A stretch of DNA of 64,000 nucleotides from Clostridia bacterium (GTDB lineage: Bacteria; Bacillota; Clostridia; CAKSNL01; HGM11501): positions 1 through 64,000 of the forward strand of contig JAZQAZ010000019.1 in the NCBI GenBank assembly GCA_045545475.1, given 5' to 3'. Shown here in pieces: positions 40,625-50,279 of this stretch (positions are counted from its first letter, which is position 1; every line of letters starts with the position of its first letter). The position numbers and the translations under genes were made by a program. The notes beneath the pieces are model-generated. The model worked only from the letters and a program-made list of their open reading frames with translations, was not told the origin of the DNA and searched no databases.

Positions 40625-42955
40625 ATGAGAGAAACATTGCTTTTTAACGACAATTGGCGTTTTCATGAAGGGGATATTGACACATCAATACCCAACAAAA
40701 AAGGACCGTTATACATAAGCTCCAAAACCGAGAGAGCAAAGTGGGGACCTGCTTCTCTTTACTACAGAGATATGCCGGATGACTATTCTATGACAGCGGA
40801 GCTTAACAACCGTGATGCGTGGGATAGTGTAACGCTTCCCCATGACTATGTTATACTTCATACTCCAAAAGAAAACGAAAATAATACGCTTGGGTATCTT
40901 CCGTATAACAACGCCTGGTACAGAAAGCATTTTACATTATCCGAAGATGAGAGAGGTAAAAGGTTCGTTTTGCATTTTGACGGTGTGGCAACCAATGCAA
41001 CTGTTTATTTCAACGGAAGCTTGATGAAGCATAACTTCTGCGGATACACGCCATTTGATGTTGATATAACCGACTATATCCGTTTTGGACAGGATAATGT
41101 TGTTGCAGTTTATGTGAATACCGAAAATCATGAGGGTTGGTGGTATGAAGGCGGCGGCATATACAGAGACGTTTTCCTCATCAAAACTAACCGTGTTTCG
41201 GTTGATACTTACGGTGTTTATGTTCACCCTGAAAAGAAGGAAAAGAACTGGGATATAAACATCGAAACAACCATTGCCAATGAAGACTATGAAGATGCAT
41301 ATGTAAAGCTTATAAGTACCGTTAAAGATAATGATGGAAATACGGTGGCAACCGCAACAAGTGAACTTTATATCCCTACAAAAGAAGCAGCGACAGCCGT
41401 ATATAAAACGGAAATTACCAACCCCGTTTTGTGGAATCTGGATAATCCCTGTCAGTACAAGGTTATAACCGAAGTGGAAAAAGACGGGGAAACAATAGAC
41501 GTTTACGAAACAAAAACAGGATTCAGAACCTTTAGAGCAGATCCCAACGAAGGCTTTTTCCTGAACGGAAATTATGTGAAAATTAAAGGCGTTTGTGCAC
41601 ACTCTGACTGCGGTCTTACAGGTAAAGCCGTTGCTGACAATGTTAACAGGTATAAAGCAGAGCTTCTTAAGGAAATGGGAGCAAACGGCTACAGAACAAG
41701 TCATTATCCTCAAAATCCCGCCATGATGGATGCACTTGACGATCTCGGATTCATCGTTATGGCAGAAACCCGCTGGTTCGACTCTACGGATGAGGGCAAA
41801 GAGCAGCTCAAAACCCTTATTAAGCGTGACAGAAACCGTCCATCAATTTTCTTTTGGTCCATAGGAAATGAAGAACCGTTTTTTGTAACCGAACAGGGAC
41901 AAAATATAGCAAAAGCCTTGAAGCGTGAAATTAACAAACTTGACAAGACAAGACTTATAATGACTGCAGTTGACAGAACGCCGGAACAAGCGACGGTTTA
42001 TTCCGAGCTTGATGCGGTAGGTGTAAACTATAACCTTCAGTCATATGACATACTGCACGAAACATATCCCGATATACCGGTATTTTCATCTGAATGTTGC
42101 GCAACCGGCTCCACAAGAGGCTGGTATTATGACGATTGCCCCGATAAAGGATATATTTCTGCATATGACAAGGCCACTAATAACTGGTTTCTCGGCAGGG
42201 AGCAGACCTGGAAGTTTATGTGCGAGCGTAAATGGCTTCTCGGTAGTTTTCAGTGGGCAGGCTTTGAACACAGAGGAGAAACAGTATGGCCACGTCTTTG
42301 CTCGCAGTCGGGAGCGATTGACTTGTTCCTTCAGAAAAAGGATGCTTTCTATCAGAATCAGTCCCATTGGCTCGAAAATCCCATGATACACATGATTCCT
42401 CACTGGAACCTTAAAACCGCTTTCCCTGGTGAAGATATAAAGGTGTGGGCATACACAAACTGTGAAGAAGCCGAGCTTATATTAAACGGAAAAAGCTATG
42501 GAAAAGTTTCTGTTGAAAAATATGGCCATGCCCAGTGGTTTGTTCCTTATGAAGAGGGTACAATCGAAGTTATCGGATATATCGGTGGCAGGGAGGTTTG
42601 CCGTGACGGTCACGAAACCACAAAAGCTCCCGCTAAATTAAAGCTTCGTCTCGAAAACAAGGTTACAGGCTCAGGCAGAGATGTGGCTATTTTGACTTGT
42701 TACACGGAGGATGAAGACGGACTCTTTGTTCCCGATGCATCACCGTTTGTTGAATTCCATACAAATGCCAAAGGAAATATCATCGGAACAGGAAGTGATA
42801 TTTCCGACCACAATCCCGTTACGGAAAAGAACCGTAAAATGAGAGAAGGCCTTATCTCGGTTGCAGTAGCTGTAAAGGGCGGAGCAGGTAAACTTTCTGT
42901 CTATGCAAAAGCAGAAGGACTTATTCCTGCAAGACTTGACATCGAAATTGATTAA
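40625..42955 (+). CDS. GH2 beta-galactosidase-like glycoside hydrolase
   Basis: FDGV, WWYEGGGIYR, MGANGYRTSHYP, RDRNRPSIFFWSIGNEE and SSECC motifs. Confidence 0.92.
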   Translation: MRETLLFNDNWRFHEGDIDTSIPNKKGPLYISSKTERAKWGPASLYYRDMPDDYSMTAELNNRDAWDSVTLPHDYVILHTPKENENNTLGYLPYNNAWYRKHFTLSEDERGKRFVLHFDGVATNATVYFNGSLMKHNFCGYTPFDVDITDYIRFGQDNVVAVYVNTENHEGWWYEGGGIYRDVFLIKTNRVSVDTYGVYVHPEKKEKNWDINIETTIANEDYEDAYVKLISTVKDNDGNTVATATSELYIPTKEAATAVYKTEITNPVLWNLDNPCQYKVITEVEKDGETIDVYETKTGFRTFRADPNEGFFLNGNYVKIKGVCAHSDCGLTGKAVADNVNRYKAELLKEMGANGYRTSHYPQNPAMMDALDDLGFIVMAETRWFDSTDEGKEQLKTLIKRDRNRPSIFFWSIGNEEPFFVTEQGQNIAKALKREINKLDKTRLIMTAVDRTPEQATVYSELDAVGVNYNLQSYDILHETYPDIPVFSSECCATGSTRGWYYDDCPDKGYISAYDKATNNWFLGREQTWKFMCERKWLLGSFQWAGFEHRGETVWPRLCSQSGAIDLFLQKKDAFYQNQSHWLENPMIHMIPHWNLKTAFPGEDIKVWAYTNCEEAELILNGKSYGKVSVEKYGHAQWFVPYEEGTIEVIGYIGGREVCRDGHETTKAPAKLKLRLENKVTGSGRDVAILTCYTEDEDGLFVPDASPFVEFHTNAKGNIIGTGSDISDHNPVTEKNRKMREGLISVAVAVKGGAGKLSVYAKAEGLIPARLDIEID

Positions 42956-42957
42956 TT

Positions 42958-42990
42958 AAAGGGCGGAGAAGCATTGCTTCTCCGCCCTTT
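42958..42990 (+). terminator. Intrinsic terminator
   Basis: AAAGGGCGGAGAAGC-ATT-GCTTCTCCGCCCTTT. Confidence 0.8.
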
Positions 42991-42999
42991 CGCAAAAAA

Positions 43000-43071
43000 G
43001 ATAAAAAAGCTAAGAAAATCAACAATGATGACAAAAAAACTAAGGAATTTACAGTTTTTATGTGTTATAAT
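43000..43071 (+). promoter_or_regulatory. Module 5 promoter with 30-bp-period direct-repeat operator
   Basis: GATAAAAAAGCTAAGAAA (43000) and GACAAAAAAACTAAGGAA (43030), then TG-n-TATAAT (43066-43071). The same motif recurs at 48226. Confidence 0.75.
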
Positions 43072-43102
43072 GATTGCAGGAATATTAACAGGAGGAGATT
43101 AT

Positions 43103-45862
43103 ATGAAAAAAATTGTATCAACCTTGCTCATTATATCTATGCTGGCATCCTTTTCTTTAGCAATTTCTGCGGAAACAGAAAAGGAATTAGATATACTTAA
43201 GCCTGACTTTAAAAATAATATTATGGTTTATGAAGATTGCATCAGATACAATACTAAAGACAGCTATTTCGGATTTAAGGCAGTTGACCTCACCGGAATA
43301 AAATCCATTGGAATCAGGGTGCTCAATACGTTTATAAGAGGCGCCGGAGAAAACGGAGATACTCTTGTTGTTAAGGCGGATGATCCGTTAAAAGGCGATG
43401 TGCTCGGATATATAGTTATGGCAGAAGCGGGAGAGCACATTTTCAAAACATCAATCTTTGAAACGGAGGGCGTTCACGATTTATACTTTGTTTCGCTTTA
43501 CGGAGAAAACAGAGGAAATTCCAATATATATGAAATAAACTTATATAAAGATGAGTATGTTCAGGACAAATCCGCCTGTGTACCGGACTCATATATTAAA
43601 GACCTTTATTCGGATACCTGGGCAGCAACAGATTCCTACGGAAGAAAGGTGGCAGACTATTGTGAAACCGGGGCTGTTAAAACCGACGGACGTGAAGTGG
43701 GAATTATGTACTGGAACTGGTTTGTTGCAGATACTGCTAAATACCGCGGAAGGGTTATTTCAGACGTATTAAAGGAACACCCCGAAGCAAGAGACGATTA
43801 TTACCACGAAGCCTGGGGGAAGAACAATAAATATTTCTGGACAGAGCCGGTGCTGGGATTTTACGATTCCTATGACTACTGGGTATACCGTAAACACGCC
43901 GAAATGCTTGCAGTTGCAGGCGTCGATGTGATATTTACCGACTGTACAAATGCGGGATATACATATACCGAGCCTCTTACAATTCTTGCAAAAGCTTTTC
44001 GTGATGCGAAAAGGACGGGAATTGATGTTCCGAAAATTTCGGTTATAGGCTCCCTTGGCCGCGGTAAATATGCATTTACCCAGCCTATGGCGATATATAT
44101 GAATTTCTTTGTGGGAAACGATTATTCCGATATATGGTATTACCGCGACGGAAAGCCTATGATTTTTTCTACGGTATATAAAGCGGATACAAAGAAATAT
44201 GCCAATGAAAAAGATACTGCACAGATGGATCTGGCGGAAGAAATACACGACTTTTTCACTTTCAGATATGCCGGGGCGTACAGAAACAGTAAGGTTGCTC
44301 CCAATGAATGGTTCTGGCTTGAAGAATTTCCGCAGCAGCTTCGTAATCCCGATGAAACCGGACGGCCTGAAATGGTGGCGGTGGGATGCTCTATAAACAC
44401 AACAGTCAATGCGGCAATGGGCGTGGCTACAGCTGCATCCAATCCCTGTGCAAAGGGCAGAAGCTTTTCCGAGGTATTCAACCGCGACTATTCTGCTGAC
44501 AGTGCAAGAAAGGCATATTTCTTCCGTGAGCAGGCAGCGCTTGCTTTAGCGGCTGATCCTGAGTTTGTATTTATTAACGGATGGAACGAGCTTTCGGCAG
44601 AACGAAAGAGCGAATGGTACGGGCAGACCAACACCTTTGTAGATACCTTTGATGACGAAAACAGCCGTGATTTCGAGCCGTCAAGAGGTGCTCTGAAGGA
44701 TGATTATTATATGCTCCTTTGCGATTTTGTAAGAAAATTCAAGGGTGTTCGCCCTGCACCTGTTGCAAGCGGAATGAAAGCTATAGATATTAACGGTGAG
44801 CTTTCACAGTGGAGCGAAGTGGGTCCTGAATTTTTAAATACAAATCAGGATTACGAAAGAGATTCTGTGGGCTATGCAAAAGCGGGTACTGATTTTGAAC
44901 CGAATATCTATAAAACAACTGTAAACAATGCTGTAAAGAGTGCAAAGGTGTCTTTTGACAATGAAAATTTCTATTTCCTTGTATCCTGTGAAAAGGACAT
45001 AAAGGAACACGACAAAAGCTTTCTTAATCTCTATATAAACACAGACAGGATGTATAATACCGGGTGGGAAGGTTATGACTATGCCTTTAATGTATCCGGA
45101 AAAGGTGTAATTTCAAAAAATGCAGGAAATGTATGGTGTTGGGAAAGTATCGGTAATGCAGAATACAGGATAACCGGAAATTCTATGATGGTTTCCTTTC
45201 CGAGAAGCTTTATCGGAGAGACGGAAAAGGTAGATTTTGAATTTAAATGGACAGATTCTGTTTCAGCGGAAGACGACTTTATGAATTTCTATTCTGACGG
45301 CTCGGTTGCACCCTATGGTCGCTTTAATTATCTCTATACAGAAAAAGAGCAGACAGCACTTACGGATTATGAAAGAATGATGCTGTCGGATACGGCAATT
45401 ATAAAAGCCGGTGCTGAAAATATGATAGTTGCAGGCGGAAAAATGCCGGTTTACGAAAAGAACAGAAATGTACGTGCTTTTTCACAGAACGGAACACTTT
45501 ATATCCCTGAAGATACATTGTGCGAAGTGCTGGGCTACGGCAGAACAAAAACAGACTATAATTCATTCTACAATGTTTCTAGAACCTATCATTACGAGAT
45601 GAACGACGAACTGACAGAAGTAATTAATTATAAGTGGACATATACAACCCTCGGCACTAATGAAGCGAGAGTGGACGGAAAGCTTACCGGGCTTTCAAAC
45701 CCCGTTATCTCAAGGGACGGAATTGTATTCATTCCCTTAAGCTTTATTGAAGAATGCTACGGATATGAAGTGAAGGCAATAGGAGAGGACGTTTATACCG
45801 TATGCACAAGGGGAACAGCACCGATTGATACGGTTATGAGTGTTTTGCATCACTTTGATTGA
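43103..45862 (+). CDS. Secreted GH99/GH71-like enzyme, module 5
   Basis: Start moved from 42974 to the ATG at 43103 behind AGGAGG; signal peptide; GIMYWNW, NGWNEL and SRDFEP motifs; stalk. Confidence 0.75.
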   Translation: MKKIVSTLLIISMLASFSLAISAETEKELDILKPDFKNNIMVYEDCIRYNTKDSYFGFKAVDLTGIKSIGIRVLNTFIRGAGENGDTLVVKADDPLKGDVLGYIVMAEAGEHIFKTSIFETEGVHDLYFVSLYGENRGNSNIYEINLYKDEYVQDKSACVPDSYIKDLYSDTWAATDSYGRKVADYCETGAVKTDGREVGIMYWNWFVADTAKYRGRVISDVLKEHPEARDDYYHEAWGKNNKYFWTEPVLGFYDSYDYWVYRKHAEMLAVAGVDVIFTDCTNAGYTYTEPLTILAKAFRDAKRTGIDVPKISVIGSLGRGKYAFTQPMAIYMNFFVGNDYSDIWYYRDGKPMIFSTVYKADTKKYANEKDTAQMDLAEEIHDFFTFRYAGAYRNSKVAPNEWFWLEEFPQQLRNPDETGRPEMVAVGCSINTTVNAAMGVATAASNPCAKGRSFSEVFNRDYSADSARKAYFFREQAALALAADPEFVFINGWNELSAERKSEWYGQTNTFVDTFDDENSRDFEPSRGALKDDYYMLLCDFVRKFKGVRPAPVASGMKAIDINGELSQWSEVGPEFLNTNQDYERDSVGYAKAGTDFEPNIYKTTVNNAVKSAKVSFDNENFYFLVSCEKDIKEHDKSFLNLYINTDRMYNTGWEGYDYAFNVSGKGVISKNAGNVWCWESIGNAEYRITGNSMMVSFPRSFIGETEKVDFEFKWTDSVSAEDDFMNFYSDGSVAPYGRFNYLYTEKEQTALTDYERMMLSDTAIIKAGAENMIVAGGKMPVYEKNRNVRAFSQNGTLYIPEDTLCEVLGYGRTKTDYNSFYNVSRTYHYEMNDELTEVINYKWTYTTLGTNEARVDGKLTGLSNPVISRDGIVFIPLSFIEECYGYEVKAIGEDVYTVCTRGTAPIDTVMSVLHHFD

Positions 45863-45898
45863 ATTAAAGTTATACATCAATTGAAAGGGTGAATTATT

Positions 45899-48214
45899 TT
45901 GAAAAAGAGACTTTTTAGCTTAATATCAGCACTGTTTATTGTTACAGGAAGTGTTTTTGCGGCAGCCAATGATGTTGACTTTGTCAAAGTCGAAGGCAGC
46001 GGAGGATCTGTCGGATATTATTCTGATTTACAGGAAGCTTTTAATTCTGTTTCAGAGGGGGATACGGTTACTTTACTTAAGGACTATACCTTTAATTATA
46101 CAGGAAAAAGCATAACAGGAATTGATTTTCCTGAAGTGAAGTTCACATTTGACGGCGGGGGATTTACAATAACTGACGCCTTTGACAGAAAGCTGCACGG
46201 AAATCATGACGACAGAGGATCGTATAAAATCTCCGGCGGTGATGTAACCGTAAAAAACGTAACCTTCAGAATGGATAACGCCATCACATCGGAGGATCAG
46301 GGGCATACAAACGGATGCTTTCTTGTTACAAACGGAACAGTCCGGCTTAATAATGTAACCATCACACATTATTACGGACATAACGGAAGTGCCTTCTGGG
46401 GACAGGGCAACGGAAAAATAATCATAGAGGATAAAGTGACCGTTTCCGATTGTCACGCCAAAACGCGCGGAATTATCGGCCTTTACTTTCTCGATGCTGA
46501 AATTAACGGACTTACCGTAGATGGCGGAACGGGTGATGCGATAGTTGCAGGACCTGTAGGAGCAAAGGTAGAGCTTAAGCTTTCGGACACATCCATAAGC
46601 GGTGTTACAGGAAGCGGAATTGTGGCAGGCGGAACAAAAAGTGAAGAAAAGACGACAGTTGTTAACATCAGTGGAGGTATAAAAATAACAAATTGTGAAG
46701 GCAGCGGAATACATATTAATCCCGGAGCACAGGTAAAGGTGAGAGGGGAAGCCGATTTATCCGGAAACAAAGGTGGGAATATAAAGATAACCGGAAGCGG
46801 TATTTTAGACGCCGATCCTCCGATTATTGCAGAGGGTGAAAAAATTGTTGCCGGTGAAATTTCAAAAGCAGGGTGGACTGTTTCTGCAACCTCTGAATTT
46901 GTTAAAAATCCCGCTAAATATCTTATTGATAATGATACAAAAACCTTCTGGCATTCAAAGTATGATGAGATTGACGGAAAAGCGAAAAATATTGAGCCTG
47001 CACCGTACACTTTGGATTTTATACTTCCTGAAGTTACGGATATTTCCGGCTTCGCCCTCCTTTCAAGAAAGGATTCAAATTCAGGAGACCTTAAAAGCTA
47101 TGATATTTTGGTATCGGATTCCGATGACGGAGAATTTTATGCTGTAGCTAAAGATATTACGGTTCCATCGTATATGTATGAAGCAAAAGGATATACAAAG
47201 GTTATAAACCTTGTTGCAAATGTAAATGCAAAAAGAATAAGGCTTTATATAAAAGAGGGCTCGGTTGCGGCATTTGCGGAATTTTCCGTAATAAAAGGAG
47301 ATGATGGGAAAGAAACGATGACTCCTGCGTCATACCTTGAGTATGCATCGCAGAACACTCCGCAGCTGATTCCTTCCGATAAGTTTAAGGTTTCGTGTGA
47401 AGAAGAAGCCTGGATGCAATTTACAATAGTAAAGGCGTTTGACGGAACAAATCAGTCAATGTGGCAGACGGAGGCTGTAGGCAGTCGTCCGGTTAAAATC
47501 TGCATAGATCTCGGAGAGGTTTACGAAATCGAAGAAATACATTATTTACCAAGACTTACAGAGGATAAACACGGACTCTGGCTTAAAGCAAATATATCTT
47601 ATTCAACAGATAAAACCGTATATGAGAAAATTGAAAATTACACTTTCAAAGAGAATCTTGACGAGAAAATCATAAGCTTTGGCGAAGGGTGCAAAATGCG
47701 CTATGTCGAGATAGAAGTAACCGAATATGTTGCAAACAGAGTATCGGCATCGGAAATCAGCTTCTATGAAACAGGAAAAGGACATCGCGAAAGAATAGAA
47801 GAGAATAAAACCACTTATACACTTACCATAGGCTCAGATGTAATAAAAATAGCAAAAGGTAAAAACAATGAAATTTCGGAAAAGAAAATAGATGTTGCAC
47901 CTTATATTGTAAACGGTTCCACATTTATTCCTTTAAGAGGACTTCTTGAGGAAATGGGTGCGGAAATCTCCTGGGATGGAGAAAGACAGCTTATTACCGT
48001 AAAAAACAATGCACTCACCATTGAGCTTCAGATATGGAATAACACGGTTTGGGTAACAAATTCAAAGGTTGACGGCAGAATGATGTATTCTGTTCCGAAT
48101 CCGCCCGTAATAAGTGACAACCGTACTTTTGTGCCGGTAAGATTTCTTTCGGAGATTCTTGGGTATACCGTTTCCTGGGACGGTACTGCGCAGACTGTCA
48201 CCATAAAAAATTAA
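45899..48214 (+). CDS. Secreted protein with beta-helix-like N-domain, two F5/8C domains and stalk, module 5 binder
   Basis: TTG start; signal peptide; YSDLQEAF...GDTVTLLKD followed by Gly/Asn/Ile-rich beta-helix-like repeats; two discoidin domains; stalk motif. Confidence 0.8.
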   Translation: MKKRLFSLISALFIVTGSVFAAANDVDFVKVEGSGGSVGYYSDLQEAFNSVSEGDTVTLLKDYTFNYTGKSITGIDFPEVKFTFDGGGFTITDAFDRKLHGNHDDRGSYKISGGDVTVKNVTFRMDNAITSEDQGHTNGCFLVTNGTVRLNNVTITHYYGHNGSAFWGQGNGKIIIEDKVTVSDCHAKTRGIIGLYFLDAEINGLTVDGGTGDAIVAGPVGAKVELKLSDTSISGVTGSGIVAGGTKSEEKTTVVNISGGIKITNCEGSGIHINPGAQVKVRGEADLSGNKGGNIKITGSGILDADPPIIAEGEKIVAGEISKAGWTVSATSEFVKNPAKYLIDNDTKTFWHSKYDEIDGKAKNIEPAPYTLDFILPEVTDISGFALLSRKDSNSGDLKSYDILVSDSDDGEFYAVAKDITVPSYMYEAKGYTKVINLVANVNAKRIRLYIKEGSVAAFAEFSVIKGDDGKETMTPASYLEYASQNTPQLIPSDKFKVSCEEEAWMQFTIVKAFDGTNQSMWQTEAVGSRPVKICIDLGEVYEIEEIHYLPRLTEDKHGLWLKANISYSTDKTVYEKIENYTFKENLDEKIISFGEGCKMRYVEIEVTEYVANRVSASEISFYETGKGHRERIEENKTTYTLTIGSDVIKIAKGKNNEISEKKIDVAPYIVNGSTFIPLRGLLEEMGAEISWDGERQLITVKNNALTIELQIWNNTVWVTNSKVDGRMMYSVPNPPVISDNRTFVPVRFLSEILGYTVSWDGTAQTVTIKN

Positions 48215-48225
48215 TACTGTGAAAA

Positions 48226-48297
48226 GACAAAAAAACCAAGAAATTGAATAAAGAGGACAAAAAAACTAAGGAAATGACGTTTGCGTTGTGATATACT
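48226..48297 (+). promoter_or_regulatory. Phosphoesterase promoter with the same 30-bp-period operator
   Basis: GACAAAAAAACCAAGAAA (48226) and GACAAAAAAACTAAGGAA (48256), then TG-n-TATACT (48292-48297). Confidence 0.75.
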
Positions 48298-48327
48298 GAA
48301 GCCAAAATGATAAAAGGAGTGGGTTAA

Positions 48328-49224
48328 ATGAAAGAATCAGTAAAATTTGCAGCATTGGCAGACTTTCATCAGGCAATGTTTCCCGACAGGGCAGAAGATA
48401 TGCTTGATCAGTTTATAGAAGCGGCTAAAAAAGAAAAGGTTGATTTTGTTATTGACCTCGGAGACTTTGCTTATCCGCTTCCTGCAAACGATATTCCTGT
48501 AGAAAACAGCAAACCTCTCATAGATAAATTCAATTCGGCATTCGATGTTCCCGTTTACCACGTGCTCGGAAACCACGAATGCGATTATTTCACCAAAAAG
48601 AAAAGTCTTGAGTTCCACGGCTTCGGAACAGAAGGAACTTATTACTCCTTTGATTCAGAGCCTTTCCACTTCGTTGTGCTTGATGCAAACTTTATGAAGC
48701 TTCCTGAAGGCTATGTAGCATACGAAAACAGAAACTATTATAAATGGTCTTATGAAAATCCGCCCGTAATTCCTTATCTTCCGGATTACGAACTTGAGTG
48801 GCTTCGTGAAGACCTTTTAAAGGCAAAATATCCCACAATACTTTTTTCACATCAGCGTTTATCTCCCGGATATTTTAACTCAGGCATCAGAAACCGTGAC
48901 GAATTTCTTGAAGTTGTAAATTCAGCACCCAACAAAGTCGTTCTTTCCATCAACGGACACGAACACGTTGACTATGTGGAAAAAATAGATAACATCTGGT
49001 ACTACAGCCTGATAAGCGGAAGCAATATGTATGCAGGAAGCAAATATAAACAGTCTGTATGCCCATATTCAAAGACACAGTACGGAATCATAACACTGGA
49101 CAATAAAGGTGCTTATGTCAAGAAAACAGATGGGGAATATATCGGTCTTACACCGGTTGATATCGGCTATCCCCACGGCGAAAGGTATTTACCCTACGTT
49201 ACCGAAAAATATCTTGAATTTTAA
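48328..49224 (+). CDS. Calcineurin-like metallophosphoesterase, copy 1
   Basis: DFH, DLGD, GNHE, FSH and NGHEH motifs. Confidence 0.9.
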   Translation: MKESVKFAALADFHQAMFPDRAEDMLDQFIEAAKKEKVDFVIDLGDFAYPLPANDIPVENSKPLIDKFNSAFDVPVYHVLGNHECDYFTKKKSLEFHGFGTEGTYYSFDSEPFHFVVLDANFMKLPEGYVAYENRNYYKWSYENPPVIPYLPDYELEWLREDLLKAKYPTILFSHQRLSPGYFNSGIRNRDEFLEVVNSAPNKVVLSINGHEHVDYVEKIDNIWYYSLISGSNMYAGSKYKQSVCPYSKTQYGIITLDNKGAYVKKTDGEYIGLTPVDIGYPHGERYLPYVTEKYLEF

Positions 49225-49241
49225 CATAGGAGAAGTTGATT

Positions 49242-50189
49242 ATGAAAGAAAAAGTTAAATTTGCAGTACTTGCAGACTTTCATCAGGCGATGTTTGCAGA
49301 CACCGCAGAAGAAAAGCTCGATCAGTTTATCGAAGCGGTAAACAGCGATAAAGAGATAGAATTTGTTGTTGACCTTGGTGACTTTGCATTTCCGCTTCCT
49401 GCAAACAATATCCCGATAGAAAACAGCAAGCCTTTAATCGATAAATTCAATTCAGCTTTTAATGTTCCCTTATATCACGTACTGGGAAATCACGAGTGCG
49501 ACTATTTCACCAAAAAAGAAAGCCTTGAGTTTCACGGCTTTAACACAGAGGAAACCTATTATTCCTTCGATGCAGAGCCTTTCCACTTCGTTGTACTTGA
49601 TGCAAACTTTATGAAACTTCCTGAAGGCTATGTTGCTTACGAAAACAGAAACTATTATAAGTGGTCATATGAAAATCCTCCTGTAATTCCTTATTTGCCG
49701 GATTATGAGCTTGAGTGGCTTCGTGAGGATTTGGCAAAAGCGAAATATCCTACGATTTTATTTTCACATCAGCATCTTGCAGACAAGGTATTCGGCACAG
49801 GAATAAGAAACTACGATGAGCTTAAAAAGATAATGGACGAATCTCCGAATGGCGTTGTTATGTCCATAAACGGACACGAGCATTTAGACTTTGCTCACAA
49901 GCTTGACGGAAGATGGTTCTACAGCCTTATCAGCGGAACAAATATGATGATAGGAAGTAAGCACCCCTTAAAGGGAAGATATACAGAAGACTATATGCGT
50001 TCACTTCCTTGCATACATATGACACTTCCTTATTCAAAGACGCAATACGGTATATTTACAGCTGATAAAAACGGAGTTTTCGTAAAGGGAACGGAAGGCG
50101 GCTTCGAAGGTCCTGACCTTTACGAGGTTGGCTATCCGGATCCGGAATATTTTGTCCCTTATGTAAAAGAAAGATATTTTGAATTTTAA
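49242..50189 (+). CDS. Calcineurin-like metallophosphoesterase, copy 2
   Basis: Same five motifs; close paralog of the upstream gene. Alternative TTG start at 49236. Confidence 0.9.
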   Translation: MKEKVKFAVLADFHQAMFADTAEEKLDQFIEAVNSDKEIEFVVDLGDFAFPLPANNIPIENSKPLIDKFNSAFNVPLYHVLGNHECDYFTKKESLEFHGFNTEETYYSFDAEPFHFVVLDANFMKLPEGYVAYENRNYYKWSYENPPVIPYLPDYELEWLREDLAKAKYPTILFSHQHLADKVFGTGIRNYDELKKIMDESPNGVVMSINGHEHLDFAHKLDGRWFYSLISGTNMMIGSKHPLKGRYTEDYMRSLPCIHMTLPYSKTQYGIFTADKNGVFVKGTEGGFEGPDLYEVGYPDPEYFVPYVKERYFEF

Positions 50190-50191
50190 TT

Positions 50192-50223
50192 TATACGGGC
50201 ATCTGTCGGATGCCCGTATATTT
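50192..50223 (+). terminator. Intrinsic terminator
   Basis: TATACGGGCATC-TGTCG-GATGCCCGTATA followed by TTT. Confidence 0.75.
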
Positions 50224-50279
50224 ATGCAAAACTTATGAAGAAAAGAACAAAAACTTATGGAAAATGCCGCTTTTATCCC

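Noticed and set aside
40937-41713. Long antisense ORFs (also 29088-29792, 46073-46714, 51771-52475, 53145-53843 and many shorter ones)
   Set aside because: They are shadows of well-supported sense genes and show no recognisable motifs.
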